Shown here: piece after piece, positions 24,764 to 37,114 of the stretch
Layout: each line of letters starts with the position of its first letter
How positions within the stretch are numbered: the first letter of the stretch is position 1
From: Scyliorhinus canicula
Lineage: Eukaryota
DNA: 64,000 nucleotides
Assembly: GCF_902713615.1 (NCBI RefSeq)
Contig: NC_052172.1
Span: 12,938,185-13,002,184, forward strand
Direction: 5' to 3'
Program-made: the position numbers and the translations under genes
The notes under the pieces: model-generated
What the model saw: only the letters and a program-made list of their open reading frames with translations
Databases searched by the model: none
Told to the model about the DNA's origin: nothing

Positions 24764-25816
24764 TTGGATGGGAAACAAATGCTGGCCCAGCCCAGCGATG
24801 CCACATCCCAAGAACAAATTTTTAAAATCTAACCCTGATAGCATACCCTTCCATTCCTCTTTCCCTCTAGTATTGAGTGATTGATTGTCAACCCCATCTT
24901 GGTAAAGAAGATTTTCCCGGATGGCCTGTTGGGTTAATTCGGAACGACTGCAGATTTGTAAACTCCAGTTTGAGCACCACAACAAGTGGTAACAAAATTC
25001 TGACTGCTCCCCATAAAACCCTTTTCATAATTGTAAAGCTCCCTAGAGAGAAGAGCCCTTCACTTTTTAATGATAGTTACCATCTCGGCTTCAGTTTGAT
25101 CCTCGTGAATATTTATTTTTGCATTCTCTCCGTTACCAATATGGAGACCACAACTGTGCTCAGTATTTTAAACTTGGCGCATCCAATGTTCTGTACAGGC
25201 TTTGTCGAGAGGATTTGAAAATCAATTTTACATTTGTTGGACCAAGTAGATAGATTATCATAGAATTTACAGTGCAGAAGGAGGCCATTCGGCCCATCGC
25301 GTCTGCACCGGCTCTTGGAAAGAGCACCCTACCCAAAGGTCCACACATCCACCCTCTCACTGGAGAGTTTGTTTCTGTTTGTGTGATAATTCAAAATGAG
25401 AGGCATAAAGGCACGGTAGATACTGACACATCCAACAAGGATATCAGGAGTAGTTTCTTGATTCAAAAAGTGGTTAGAATGTGAAACGTCGTACCACAGG
25501 CAGATACCTTTCAAAAGGAAACTAGCTGAGTACACAAGAGAAAAAGGAACGTGCTGAGGGGACTGGGAGGAGCTGCAGGTGGAATGACTGGGCGGATTTG
25601 GCCTGTTCCTTGGCAGCTGACATTCATTTCTGGGTTATATACCTTTTTCTAAAAAAAAATGAGGAGACAAGAACTACACACACCAACTCCAGATGTGGTC
25701 CACTCAGGTCTAAATATGGTTTTAAAATGACCCCTCTTGGTTTATGGTATTTGCCTTGGCTGTTCCCTATAATTCTGTCTGCCTGCAGGACGTAAACGCT
25801 GGAGCATTTCAGCTAT

Positions 25817-26610
25817 AAATGAAATGAAAATCGCTTATTGTCACGAGTAGGCTTCAATGAAGTTACTGTGAAAAGCCCCTAGTCGCCACATTCCGGCGCC
25901 TGTCCGGGGAGGCTGGTACGGGAATCGAACCGTGCTGCTGGCCTGCTTTAAAAGCCAGCGATTTAGCTCAGTGAGCTAAACCAGGCTGGGGTTGTTTTCC
26001 TTGGAGCAGAGAAGGCTGAGGGGGGCATCGGATTGAGGTGTACAAAATTATGAGGGACATCGATAGGGAGAATCCTCTTCTCTTAGTAGAGGTCAATAAC
26101 CAGGGGGGCATGGATTTAAGGTAATGGACAGGGGATTTGAGGAAAACCATTTTCACCCAGAGGGTGGTGGGAATCTGGAACTCGCTGCCTGAAAGGGTGG
26201 TAGAGGCGGAACCGTCACATTTAAGAAGCATTTCATAGACTTTACAGTGCAGAAGGAGGCCATTCGGCCCATCGAGTCTGCACCGGCTCTTGGAAAGAGC
26301 ACCCTACCCAAGGTCAACACCTCCACCCTATCCCCATAACCCAGTAACCCCACCCAACACTAAGGGCAATTTTGGACACTAAGGGCAATTTATCATGGCC
26401 AATCCACCTAACCTGCACATCTTTGTGACTGTGGGAGGAAACCGGAGCACCCGGAGGAAACCCACGCACACACGGGGAGGATAAATTTAGACGAGCACTT
26501 GAAACATCATAGAATACCAGGATACGGAGCAAGGGCTGAAAAATGGGAATAGAATAGATAGGTGCTTGATGGCTGATGCAGACATGGTGGGTCGAAGGGC
26601 CGCTTTCTGT
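25817..26610. mobile_element. CR1 3' fragment (+) carrying a short tRNA SINE (25817-25988, -) and a V-SINE (26233-26481, -)
   Basis: CR1 sequence resumes on either side of each SINE. Confidence 0.8.
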
Positions 26611-27095
26611 GGATCCAATCGCTACCTGTTACGGGTCAGAATACAGCCTTTTGGCCAATCTATTGCCACCAATCAAACTGAGTCCCACCCCATCTCCCGG
26701 GTGTCACAAAATCTGAGTTTTGCGGTCCAAAGCCAGCAAAGGGTTCTCTTTGAATTCATCATCTCCCCTGCTTGACTTAAAGGTATATGTCCATTCAGCA
26801 TCAATGGATCAAAAATGATAACTGCACAAATAAAGGGGAAATAAGGGGATCGACAGGGAGCTCCAGTACAAAGTCCAGTGTTTCCCTGGAAACAATTCTC
26901 ATGTCGAGCTCCATTCCCGGTTTCCAATCAGATTTAAATTAGGTGGATTGGCCATGCTAAATTGCCGTTCGTGCCCAGGTTAGGTTGGAGGTGTAGCCTT
27001 AAGTAGCGTGCTCTTTCCAAGGGCTGGTGCAGACTTGATGGACCGAATGGCCTCCTTCTGCACTGTAAATTCTCTGAATCTATGAAGGGCATATA

Positions 27096-27275
27096 ATGAA
27101 ATGAAAATCGCTTATTGTCACGAGTAGGCTTCAAATGAAGTTAATGTGAAAAGCCCCTAGTCGCCACATTCCGGCGCCTGTTCGGGGAGGCTGTTACGGG
27201 AATTGAACCGTGCTGCTGGCTTGCCTGGGTCTGCTTTCAAAGCCAGCGATTTAGCCCAGTGAGCTAAACAGCCTC
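27096..27275 (-). mobile_element. Short tRNA(Ile-like)-derived SINE
   Basis: Same consensus as the 24180 copy. Confidence 0.85.
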
Positions 27276-28027
27276 TGGCCCATATGGGCCAGCCCATATC
27301 TGGCCATGCAAAATATTCTGGAAATCAAGGTAATAGGACAGCCACCCCCATCTCCAATATCTTTTGATTTTCAAAATTCACGTTATTTTGTTTCCTGGTC
27401 CTAGATAGGAAGAGGGCGGTCATTCATCCCCTCTATTCTGTTCTGCCATTCAGATGGTGACTGTTCCCCCCCCCCCTCCATCCGAGCACCCACCTTTGTT
27501 CGATATCCCTGGATAGATCCTCACCCCACGAGGCTATCTGTCTCAGCCATGAATATTCCCTTGCTAAGTAGCATTTTTTTCTTTACTGCCCTGCTCTGAT
27601 CGTCGTGACAGAGGATGAGTCACCCGTGACTCGCCTGGAGGTTGTACTCAGCACCCACATAGTCCCTGTCGCCTCCTCCAGCTTGAAATTTCAATCTTCC
27701 CATTAACTCCTTGTGTCATCCCCTTCTGTCCCTGTCAGATTTTTCACAAGTGATTTCATTGCAGTGTTAATGCAAATCGACTTGTGACACTAATATTATT
27801 ATCCTCCAGTGCCCTGATCCCCAGTTGCTCCTGCTATTTGCCCCCTGTACGGGGTTACCTGGGCTGCTGAATGTGCCTTGGATGCAGCCAGCTTGAGAGT
27901 GACACTGGGGAGGGTGAGGGAGGCGCTGGGGAGGGGGAGGGAGGCGCTGGGGAGGGGGAGGGAGGAGCTGTCAGCAGCAGCCCAGTGGCTGGGAACAGCA
28001 AGGAGGGGGAGGGAAGGAGGCTCCTTA

Positions 28028-28047
28028 ACTTTCAGTTTCACTTCCTG
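28028..28047 (-). promoter_or_regulatory. ETS-IRF composite plus ISRE motif in SERTAD intron 1
   Basis: Minus strand reads CAGGAAGTGAAACTGAAAGT (GGAAnnGAAAnnGAAA), in unique, non-repeat sequence. Confidence 0.5.
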
Positions 28048-28412
28048 TGTGTGTGGGTCGGATTTACTCTATATCATGTGACAGGGGCGGGAGTGCCGCT
28101 CAGCTGCTGGGTGACAGCAAGCAGCCAGGCAGCTGGAGCCAATCCTCACTGTACAGTGCACATATTCATGGCAAGCAGGAAGGGGTATTCTGGAAGGCGC
28201 TGCAGAAGAAGCTTCAAAGGCTAGGACGGATCAGTTGGGCCGAATGCCCCACTTGCTGTATATCATGGTAGGATGAACCTGCGAGAGGAAGTGGCAGGGT
28301 GCATGTAGTTTCTTAGTCCGGCGAGTTCTCTAAGGGACTGCCCCTTAGTTATTCCCATTCTGTTGCTCTGGGATTGTGATCGAGACTGGGAAGATCGTCC
28401 TCGATCTCGCTC

Positions 28413-29283
28413 NNNNNNNNNNNNNNNNNNNNNNNNNNNNNNNNNNNNNNNNNNNNNNNNNNNNNNNNNNNNNNNNNNNNNNNNNNNNNNNNNNNNNNNN
28501 NNNNNNNNNNNNNNNNNNNNNNNNNNNNNNNNNNNNNNNNNNNNNNNNNNNNNTACGTCTCCNNNNNNNNNNNNNNNNNNNNNNNNNNNNNNNNNNNNNN
28601 NNNNNNNNNNNNNNNNNNNNNNNNNNNNNNNNNNNNNNNNNNNNNNNNNNNNNNNNNNNNNNNNNNNNNNNNNNNNNNNNNNNNNNNNNNNNNNNNNNNN
28701 NNNNNNNNNNNNNNNNNNNNNNNNNNNNNNNNNNNNNNNNNNNNNNNNNNNNNNNNNNNNNNNNNNNNNNNNNNNNNNNNNNNNNNNNNNNNNNNNNNNN
28801 NNNNNNNNNNNNNNNNNNNNNNNNNNNNNNNNNNNNNNNNNNNNNNNNNNNNNNNNNNNNNNNNNNNNNNNNNNNNNNNNNNNNNNNNNNNNNNNNNNNN
28901 NNNNNNNNNNNNNNNNNNNNNNNNNNNNNNNNNNNNNNNNNNNNNNNNNNNNNNNNNNNNNNNNNNNNNNNNNNNNNNNNNNNNNNNNNNNNNNNNNNNN
29001 NNNNNNNNNNNNNNNNNNNNNNNNNNNNNNNNNNNNNNNNNNNNNNNNNNNNNNNNNNNNNNNNNNNNNNNNNNNNNNNNNNNNNNNNNNNNNNNNNNNN
29101 NNNNNNNNNNNNNNNNNNNNNNNNNNNNNNNNNNNNNNNNNNNNNNNNNNNNNNNNNNNNNNNNNNNNNNNNNNNNNNNNNNNNNNNNNNNNNNNNNNNN
29201 NNNNNNNNNNNNNNNNNNNNNNNNNNNNNNNNNNNNNNNNNNNNNNNNNNNNNNNNNNNNNNNNNNNNNNNNNNNNNNNNNNN
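28413..29283. other. Assembly gap (N run)
   Basis: Ns with one 9-bp island; abuts a (TC/TG)-rich microsatellite. Confidence 1.
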
Positions 29284-29407
29284 TGTGTCCATCTCTCTCT
29301 GTCTGTGTCCATCTCTCTCTGTCTGTGTCCATCTCTCTCTGGCTGTGTCCATCTCTCTCTGGCTGTCTGTCTGTCTCTGTCTGTCTGTCTCTCTGTCTGT
29401 CTCTCTC

Positions 29408-29439
<32 letters not shown>

Positions 29440-29440
29440 C
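29284..29440. repeat. Compound TC/TG microsatellite (22-bp TGTGTCCATCTCTCTCTG(T/G)C units plus TCTG)
   Basis: Read directly from the sequence. Confidence 0.95.
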
Positions 29441-29844
29441 TGAAGACTATGATGGGGATTCGGGATTTCCCATTCCAAGCTGTGGGGGGGGGGGGGGGAG
29501 TTTTGTTTTTAATTCTGCTCCAGCTTTTGCCTGCGCCTCGCTTTGCCAGCCCAGCCTGACATTCTTCGGGAATCACAGTGCAGATATCACTGTCCCATTT
29601 AAACTGTGGTGTTGAGCTGGACATCTCCCTGGACCTCCCTCTGGGTGGGAGGGTTCCACTCATTTCCCCCTCACCCCCACCCAGTGGAGGGGAGCGTCTG
29701 ACTAGTTCAGAGCTGTTTTATAAGCCCTCTTTTTTTGCCTCTGGAAATCTCCAATTTCTGCCTGCCTTCTTGCCCTGCTTCCTGCTCCGATTGTAACTCT
29801 TCTGCTTTACTCACCCCTCGCTCTCTCTGGTTAACATGCCAAGT

Positions 29845-30385
29845 GTAGTCACTGTTTTAAGACTGGATCAGGGGCACAGCCAATTTGTGCACAGCAAGCT
29901 TCCTCGATAAGCACGGAGATGCATGGCCATTGTATTGATGTTGATTGAGTGATAGATATTGGCCAGGACTGGGCGAAATCCCTTGCTGTTTGAAATAGTG
30001 ACATGTGATTCTTTAACGCCCACTGTAGTGGAAAGTTAGGAATAAAATAAATGTGAAATGTGAAAATCGGAAACAAAAACAGCAAACGCTGGGGGGAAAA
30101 AAAGTCACCAGGTCTGGCAGCATCCATGGAGAGAGAGAGGAAAAATATAGAGTTAAACGTTTGAGTCCGTATGAGTCACACCGATTCCAAACGTTAATTA
30201 TTGTCTCTCCCACACGTGTGCTGTCAAATGTCTCTCCAACCTCCAAAGTCAGTCACGTAAATTCAGGGAGATTAGTTTAACATTTCATCAGAGCGACGGC
30301 ATATCCAGCGATACAGTATACCCTCCGTCCTGCCTGGGTTCCTGCACTTGAGTTGGTGGCGTGAGACTTAAACTCAGGACTTTTC
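29845..30385 (-). mobile_element. Deu-domain SINE (SacSINE1/AmnSINE-like) split by a Penelope remnant
   Basis: CAGCCCAATTTGTGCACAGCAAG...GATGTTGATTGAG...ATATTGGCCAGGAC...GAAATAGTG. Homologous copy at 62020-63030. Confidence 0.7.
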
Positions 30386-31610
30386 ATAGAATTACACAGA
30401 ATTTTACAGTGCGCAACGTGGCCATTTGGCCCATCGAGTCTGCATCGGCCCACTGAAAGAGCACCCTACTTAAGCCCAACCCTCCACTCTATCCCGGCAA
30501 CCCCACCCAACATTTTGGGCGCTAAGGGCCAATTTAGCATAACATAGAAAAATACAGCACAGAACAGGCCCTTCGGCCCACTATGTTGTGCCGAACCTTT
30601 GTCCTAGATTAATCATAGATTATCATAGAATTTACAGTGCAGAAGGAGGCCAAACGGCCCATCGAGTCTGCACCGACTCTTAGAAAGAGCACCCTACCCG
30701 AGGTCAACACCTCCACCCTATCCCCATAACCCAGTAACCCCACCCAATACTAAGGGCAATTTTGGACACTAAGGGCAATTTATCATGGCCAATCCACCTT
30801 GTCATAGTATATACCAATATATCATGGTGCAGACACACACTGATGGACACACACAGGGACCAATCAACATGTACAAACACGGCAGCCAATCACCAGTTAG
30901 AATACACACACTATAAAGGCAGAGGGCACCACGGTTCCCTCTCATTCTGGGTGCTGCCTCTCAGTGAAACAAGAACTCATCCAGCCCAGCACAGACTCAC
31001 ACCACGTGCTGAGAGAATCAACTGGTTCGGACAAGGCTTAGGTCTCTAGTTCAAGTTAGCATCGTTTAGACCCACAGTCATCGTGTGTTAGTTAGTTAGA
31101 AATAGTTAATAAAATTGAGTTGAACCTTCATCTGTGTTGGAAGTGTCTGTTCATCTCTCCAGCCTACACAAGCCAACACATCACGCCTAACCTGCACATC
31201 TGTGGGAGGAAACCGGAGCACCCGGAGGAAACCCACGCAGACACGGTGAGAACGTGCAGGCTCCGCACAGACAGTGACCCAAGCCGGGAATCAAATCTGG
31301 GACCCTGGAGCTGTGAAGCAATTGTGCTGACCGCAATGCTACCGTGCTGCCCTTAAGAACAAATTAATCTACACTCCATCATTCTACCATAATCCATGTA
31401 CCTATCCAATAGCCGCTTGAAGGTCCCTAATGTTTCCAACTCAACTACTTCCACACCAATCCACCTAACCTGCACAACTTTTTGGACTGGTGGGAGGAAA
31501 CCCACACAGACCCGGGGAGAACGTGCAAACTCCACTCAGAAAGTGACCCGAGCTGGGAATTGAACCTGGGACCCTGGAGCTGAGGCAGCAGCGCTAACCA
31601 CCTCCGCCTT
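30385..31610 (-). mobile_element. Nested V-SINE cluster
   Basis: At least three V-SINE pieces; the one at 30540-31352 has a double (B+A) CR1 tail and hosts a solo LTR. Confidence 0.85.
30800..31183 (+). mobile_element. Solo LTR (384 bp)
   Basis: TG...CA ends; 5-bp TSD CACCT/CGCCT splitting the V-SINE motif AATCCACCT|AACCTG; CCAAT boxes (~30860, ~30885), TATAAA at 30912, AATAAA at 31108. Confidence 0.85.
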
Positions 31611-32409
31611 GAGGTGAGAATGCTGTCCACTGACTCGGGCTGACAACTGAAGCTTCTGGGACTGTAATCTCCTCGTTCTGATGTTCCCTTTTGTGAATGT
31701 TGGCACTCCCTCCAGTCCTTGAGGGCAGTCCCAAACCCAGGGAGCAATTAATTAGTCCTAATTTCCTTTCAGCACCCATGGGTGACTGACTTCTTCTCTT
31801 ATGCAGCTTTCCCCTGAGAGTTTTGAAGTTTCCAAATGTGGGGAGATCAAAAACTTAGAACCATTAGTATAATCTAGCTTTGATTTTTCAGAATATTGGG
31901 GACAAACTGGGGTTCCCCTCTCTAGAAATGAGAAGGTAAAGGAGGTGACCGAATAGAAGTCTCTAAAATTTCTGAAGAGGTTTAATAGGAAAGACACAGA
32001 AATGGTGTTTCCACTTGCAGCAAAACTAGGGGAAATAAATATAAAGCAATCACTGATCAATCCAATAGGGTAGTCAATGGCAACGCTATAAACCCAGAGG
32101 AGCGATGAGAATGTAGGTAAAAGTAAATTACTGCGGGTGCTGGAATAACAGAAAATACTGGACATTCCCAGCAGGTCCGTCAGTGTCTGGAGAGAAAAGG
32201 GAGCTAACGTTTCGAGTCTGGATGACTCTTTGTCAAGGCTGGTGAGAATGTAGAACTCGCTACCACAGGGAGTAGGTCCGGTAAGCAGCATAAAATATAT
32301 TTAAGGGAACGTTGGTGAAGGGTGAAAGAGTATGCTGATTGGGTCAGATAAAGTAAGACAAGAGGAAGCTTACCTGGGCGTTAAGGTCAGCATGATTGGC
32401 CTATTCCTC

Positions 32410-32745
32410 TGGACGTTGGACAGCAACAAGCTTTTTCCAAGAGTGGGGGTGTCAGTTACAAGGCATCACGATTTCAAAGTGAGAGGGGGAAAGTTTAAGG
32501 GAGATGTGCGTGGAAAGTTTTTTACGCAGAGGGTGGTGGCTGCCTGGAATGCTTTTCCAGCGGAGGTGGTAGAGGCGGGCACGATAGCATCATTTAAGAG
32601 GCATCTAGACGGGTATATGAACGGGCGGGAACAGAGGGAAGTAGAGCTTGGAAAATAGGAGACAGGTTGAGATAAAGGATCTGGATCGGCGCAGGCTGGG
32701 AGGGCCGAAGGGCCTGTTCCTGTGCTGTAATTTTCTTTGTTCTTT
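32410..32745 (+). mobile_element. CR1 3' fragment
   Basis: KFFTQRVVAAWN and the CR1 tail GGGCCGAAGGGCCTGTTCC. Confidence 0.85.
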
Positions 32746-32866
32746 GTAACGGAACCTGAGCTAATCCAAATTTTCTCTTTTGTTTTTAGGTGTTGAATGG
32801 TTGTGAAGAAGGGGTGTGAGAAGTGTGGATATCTCACCAGCTTGAGTCGATCTCTCGGAAGTAGCA

Positions 32867-32880
32867 ATGGCTGACGTCAG
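32867..32880 (+). CDS. SERTAD1: SERTAD gene coding exon A (MADV-R), within exon 32790-32880
   Basis: Acceptor TTTTCTCTTTTGTTTTTAG|G at 32789/32790; Kozak GCAATGG; donor CAG|GTGCGT at 32880/32881. AG+G forms Arg and joins in frame to FPFGKGVKRK at 37817. Confidence 0.75.
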
Positions 32881-32909
32881 GTGCGTTCAGAACCTCTGAA
32901 GGCAAAATG

Positions 32910-33353
32910 TATTTTTTTCTTTTTTAAATTTCCAATTCAGGGGCAATTTGGCGTGGCTACCCTGTATATCTTTTGGGTTGTGGGGGTGAGACCCACGCAG
33001 ACACGGGGAGAATGTGCAAACTCCACATGGACAGTAACCCGGGTCCTCGGCGCCGTGAGGCAGCTATGCTAACCACTGCGCCACCCCGCACAATATAGTT
33101 TTGTGTAAAATCGAAGAGTCGTAAGGAGTTAAATATTTCTCTCTTGGGAGGGCACGGTTAGCACTGCTGCCTCACGGTGCCAAGGACCGGGTTCGATCCC
33201 GGCCCTGGATCACAATGTGGAGTTTGCACATTCTCCCCATGTCTGCATGAGTTTCAGCCCCAGAAGCCAAAGATGTGCAGCGTAGGTGGATTGGCCACGC
33301 TAAATTGCCCCTTAATTGGAAATAAAGAGAATTGGGGACTTTAAGATGTATAT
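32910..33353. mobile_element. Two short V-SINE variants (32910-33087 -, 33148-33353 +)
   Basis: The second is flanked by the 12-bp TSD ATATTTCTCTCT (33133-33144 and 33354-33365). Confidence 0.85.
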
Positions 33354-34749
33354 ATATTTCTCTCTCTCACCAAAGACTCTCTGTGAGCTTTCTCCAACAG
33401 ATCCACTTTTTACTTAACTTATTCTCGTTCTCATCTTTTAAAATTTAATTTTAAGACTAACATTACTACTAATCTCTCTCTTTTACATTGTATACCTCGT
33501 GTTGCCCTATTATGTATTTTCTTTTATTCTCTTTTCTTCCCATGTACTTAATGATCTGTTGAGCTGCTCGCAGAAGAATACTTTTCACTGTACCTCTGTA
33601 CACATGACAATAAACAAATCCAATCCAATGACGCTGCCAGACTTGCAAAGTCTTTCCAGCATTTTCCGGTTTTATTACAGAGCCAGCAGTTAATGGCTAC
33701 CCATTCCTCGGGGGAAGAGTGCGTGTGTGCTTTGCGCAATTTATCCCTTCCTGCGAAGGCACTTGCTTCCTGGAATGGGGTTGGGGCAATTGTGCCGGAA
33801 AATCCTGGCCCAGATCCCAACACATGTTAGATACTGGACAAGAACCCCAAACACTTCTCTTAAAATTTGTAAAACTGTGAGGAAAGAATACTTTGCTCCA
33901 AGAGTGATTGCACTGACAAATAGGGATATGGTATATTAAACCAAACTTTATTCTTAACGCAGGATTAAATTACATTAATATCACAGAAAACCGGGAGGCA
34001 AGGTGGCGCAGTGGTTAGCCCTACTGCCTCAGGGCGCCGAGGACCCGGGTTCAATCCCGGCCCTGGGTCATTGTCACTGTGGAGTTTGCACATTCTCCCC
34101 GTGTCTGCGTGGGTTTCGCCCCCCACAACCCAAAGATGTGCAGGGTAGGTGGCCACGCTAAATTGCCCCTTAATTGGAAAAAAATTATTGGGCTCTCTAA
34201 ATTTATTCGAAACAAAAATCTCAGAAAATAGCTTTTCATTAACAATTAAACAATTATGGACAATAAAACGCAACACTTTAACTTCTCACTGATACCTTCT
34301 CTATCCCCAATTAAGCAAAGCCCATTACTGATCAAAAGCCACTTGGAAATACAGTTCGCAGACACAGGAATATTTGCTGTCCTTTTGAATAGAGGTTTCT
34401 TGGAAAGACTGCTTGGAGAGAGTGAAGCCCTTTCAGACACCAGCTCCAAGTCCTGCTGTCTTTGGCAGAGTTTTTAAAAGCTAAACTGCCCGCTGCAGAC
34501 CTGGCTCATCCCATTAATTACATCATCTTTATCCCACTCCGATCTCATGACCTGTTTACCTAAATCCAAATACAATGTCTAAAATTATCTACTCTCCAGG
34601 GAATCTCCAGCAATCATAAAATTCCATTAGGCCTGTCTTTGTAAACAAAATACATGGTTGGAATGATGGTCTCACTTTACAACATCTTAATTGCACCTAT
34701 TGACAGACAGTAAATCAAACTAAAATGAATACCAATCCGAAGAAAGAAA

Positions 34750-35370
34750 GAGGTAACCGAAAGTGGTATGTTTTAAGAAGCACCTTTTAAAGGAAGCAAT
34801 TGAGGCAGCAAGGGTTAAGGAGAAAATTACAGAGTTTAAGGCCTAGGTACCTGAAGCTGGGGTGAAGGAAGTGGAGAATTCACGAGCGACCCCAATTAGA
34901 GAAACGTAGAGCTCTTAAAAGTTTTGCAGGAAGTTAGAGATGGGGAGGAGTTCAGACACAGAGAGATTTAAAATTCAACGCGTTGGTGGAAGGGAGCACA
35001 TGTAAGTCAGTGAGCACAGATTGCTGGGTGAACAAGACCTGGTGCAAGTTAGGAAACAGCAGTGCTCTGGAAGAGATGAGCTTCCGAGGTGGATGTTGGC
35101 TGGCTAGGCACAAGTGCATAGATCAACGGTGTGTGAAAGTCACAATAGCAAGGTTGAGAGTTTCAGCAGCCAGTGAATGAGCTGAGGTGTCATCCAGAGG
35201 TGGAAGTGGGAAGTCCTCCTGATAAGGGATCAGAAATTCAGCTCTGGCTCCGATAGGGTGCTGAGATTGTGAAGAGTTTGGTTTGGCCTCACGGTGGTCA
35301 GGGAGAGCAATGGAATTTGTGACAAGGAAATGAGTGGCAGAAATCATTTATTGGAGGAAATTTCTGCTAT
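34750..35370 (-). mobile_element. Old L2-type LINE remnant
   Basis: Purine-rich degenerate sequence resembling the antisense of L2 3' regions; similar remnants at ~21800 and ~56200. Confidence 0.45.
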
Positions 35371-35614
35371 CCATGGCCAATTGATCTTTCTCTGGCACTA
35401 GTGCTATCACCTTGACGGAGCTAAATCAACACAGACTGGGCTCTAGCTGATAGACTGGACACTGCAGTGAGCCACTGTGGAGGGAGTGGGTGGTCTGCCC
35501 TGTGTTCTCATTCAAGGGATAGAACTTTCATCCTTGTGACCTTATTCATTACTGATTGAAGCTGACCTTTTATCTCCTTCCTCCCCACTGTCCAGAGCCC
35601 CTCCAAAAATAAAC

Positions 35615-35925
35615 CTAATAGGTGGAACAGCGATATCTGGTATACCATACCTGCTGTTCACGATGTGATCACCTCTACATTGGGAATACCAAACCCAGAT
35701 CGGGTGACCGCTTTGCAAAATACATCCATTCAGTCTGCACGTGCGCCCTTGGGATTCTGATCTTTTACCACTCTGGGTCTCCTTCCTCGCTCCCCACTTT
35801 GAACTCTCCGTCCGTGATCTCCGACACTGATCCAGTAAAGCTCAATGCAAATTTGAGGGACATCATCTTGTCTTTCAATTAGACACTTTGCAGCCTTCCC
35901 GGTTCAACACGGCGTTCAACACCTT
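35615..35925 (+). mobile_element. Penelope-like element remnant (GIY-YIG endonuclease)
   Basis: ORF 35622: CSRCDHLYIGNTKPRSGDRFAKYIHSV, matching the Penelope CxxC..LYIGET..RL.DRF.EH motif. Confidence 0.8.
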
Positions 35926-36034
35926 TTATAGAGCCATAGACGGTTACAGGCCCTTCGACACAACTTGTCCATTCCGCCCAGTTTTAACCACTAAGCTAGA
36001 CCCAATTCTCCGTATTTGGCCCATATCCAAATAT

Positions 36035-36227
36035 GGCTGGTTTAGCTCACAGGGCTAATCGCTGGCTTTTAAAGCAGACCAAGCAGGCCAGCAGCACGGT
36101 TCGATTCCCGTACCAGCCTCCCCGGACAGGCGCCGGAATGTGGCGACTAGGGGCTTTTCACAGTAACTTCATTGAAGCCTACTCGTGACAAGAAGCGATT
36201 TTCATTTCATTTTTTCATTTCGTTTCA
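36035..36227 (+). mobile_element. Short tRNA(Ile-like)-derived SINE
   Basis: Same consensus as the 24180 copy. Confidence 0.88.
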
Positions 36228-36282
36228 TCCCTCGATACCCATCTATTCGTGTAACTGTCTAACTGCTAGATCATTACCACTG

Positions 36283-36545
36283 TGATGCGACCATCAATTC
36301 ACTCAGAGACACGAGTTGGAGTAAACTGTGGCTTTAATCGGCTTACAACTGAGCCTGCCTGCGACTGTGCTGAACTGAGGGCGGGCTCGCAGGACCGCAG
36401 CACTTGTACTTCCTGCTGGGGGCGGAGCCCTGTACATGCTCCTCATCTCCCCCTGTGGACAGAGCCGCGCAACGGCTCACAGACGGAGCCCACAGGGACA
36501 CAGTAATGTACAGTGTGAATTTATAGTGGTTACACATTCACCACA
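36283..36545 (-). mobile_element. Solo LTR (263 bp)
   Basis: TG...CA ends, perfect 5-bp TSD CACTG (36278-36282 and 36546-36550), ATTAAA on the minus strand near 36335. Confidence 0.8.
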
Positions 36546-37114
36546 CACTGCTCTCATTTGATCCAAGTTAGGAGCTGAATATAATGATTTTACTTTTCCC
36601 ATTTAGACTTCCATCTCTTGTTACATTCCTTATCCCATCACAATCTCCTTTCGCCTTGCACCATCAGCCTTTTAGTCATTTAACCACTTCTGTATCCTAT
36701 CCTGACTGGTAAATATTTGCCATTTCTTTACTGTGGCTGGGTCAAGATCTTGGAGCTCCCTCCCTAACACCACTGTTGGTATATCTACGCCACACGGACT
36801 GCAGCAGTTTAAGGCAACGGCTCACCACCACCTTCTCAAACACAATTACGGATGGGCAACAAATGTTGACCTAGCCAGCGACATCCGCGTCCTTTAAGAA
36901 AAATCACTGATCTTTTAATGAAACCAAATGCTGCAAATGGCGGTAATTTATAATAAATTGCAGAAACTGCTGGGAATGTTTGGCAACATCTGTGGAGAAA
37001 CAGAGCTAACATTCCAGTTCGATGCCTTTCTGTTAGAACTGAGATCTTAAACTCTGTTGCTCTCTCTTTTTTTTCTCTGCCTTTTGTTTTTTTTCCCTTC
37101 CCATTGTCTTACAT

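Noticed and set aside
28263-29663. Long ORFs of 327-466 aa
   Set aside because: Artefacts of reading through the N gap and the microsatellite.
33820-34740. Possible third solo LTR (minus-strand AATAAA near 33950)
   Set aside because: I could not define TG...CA ends or a TSD.
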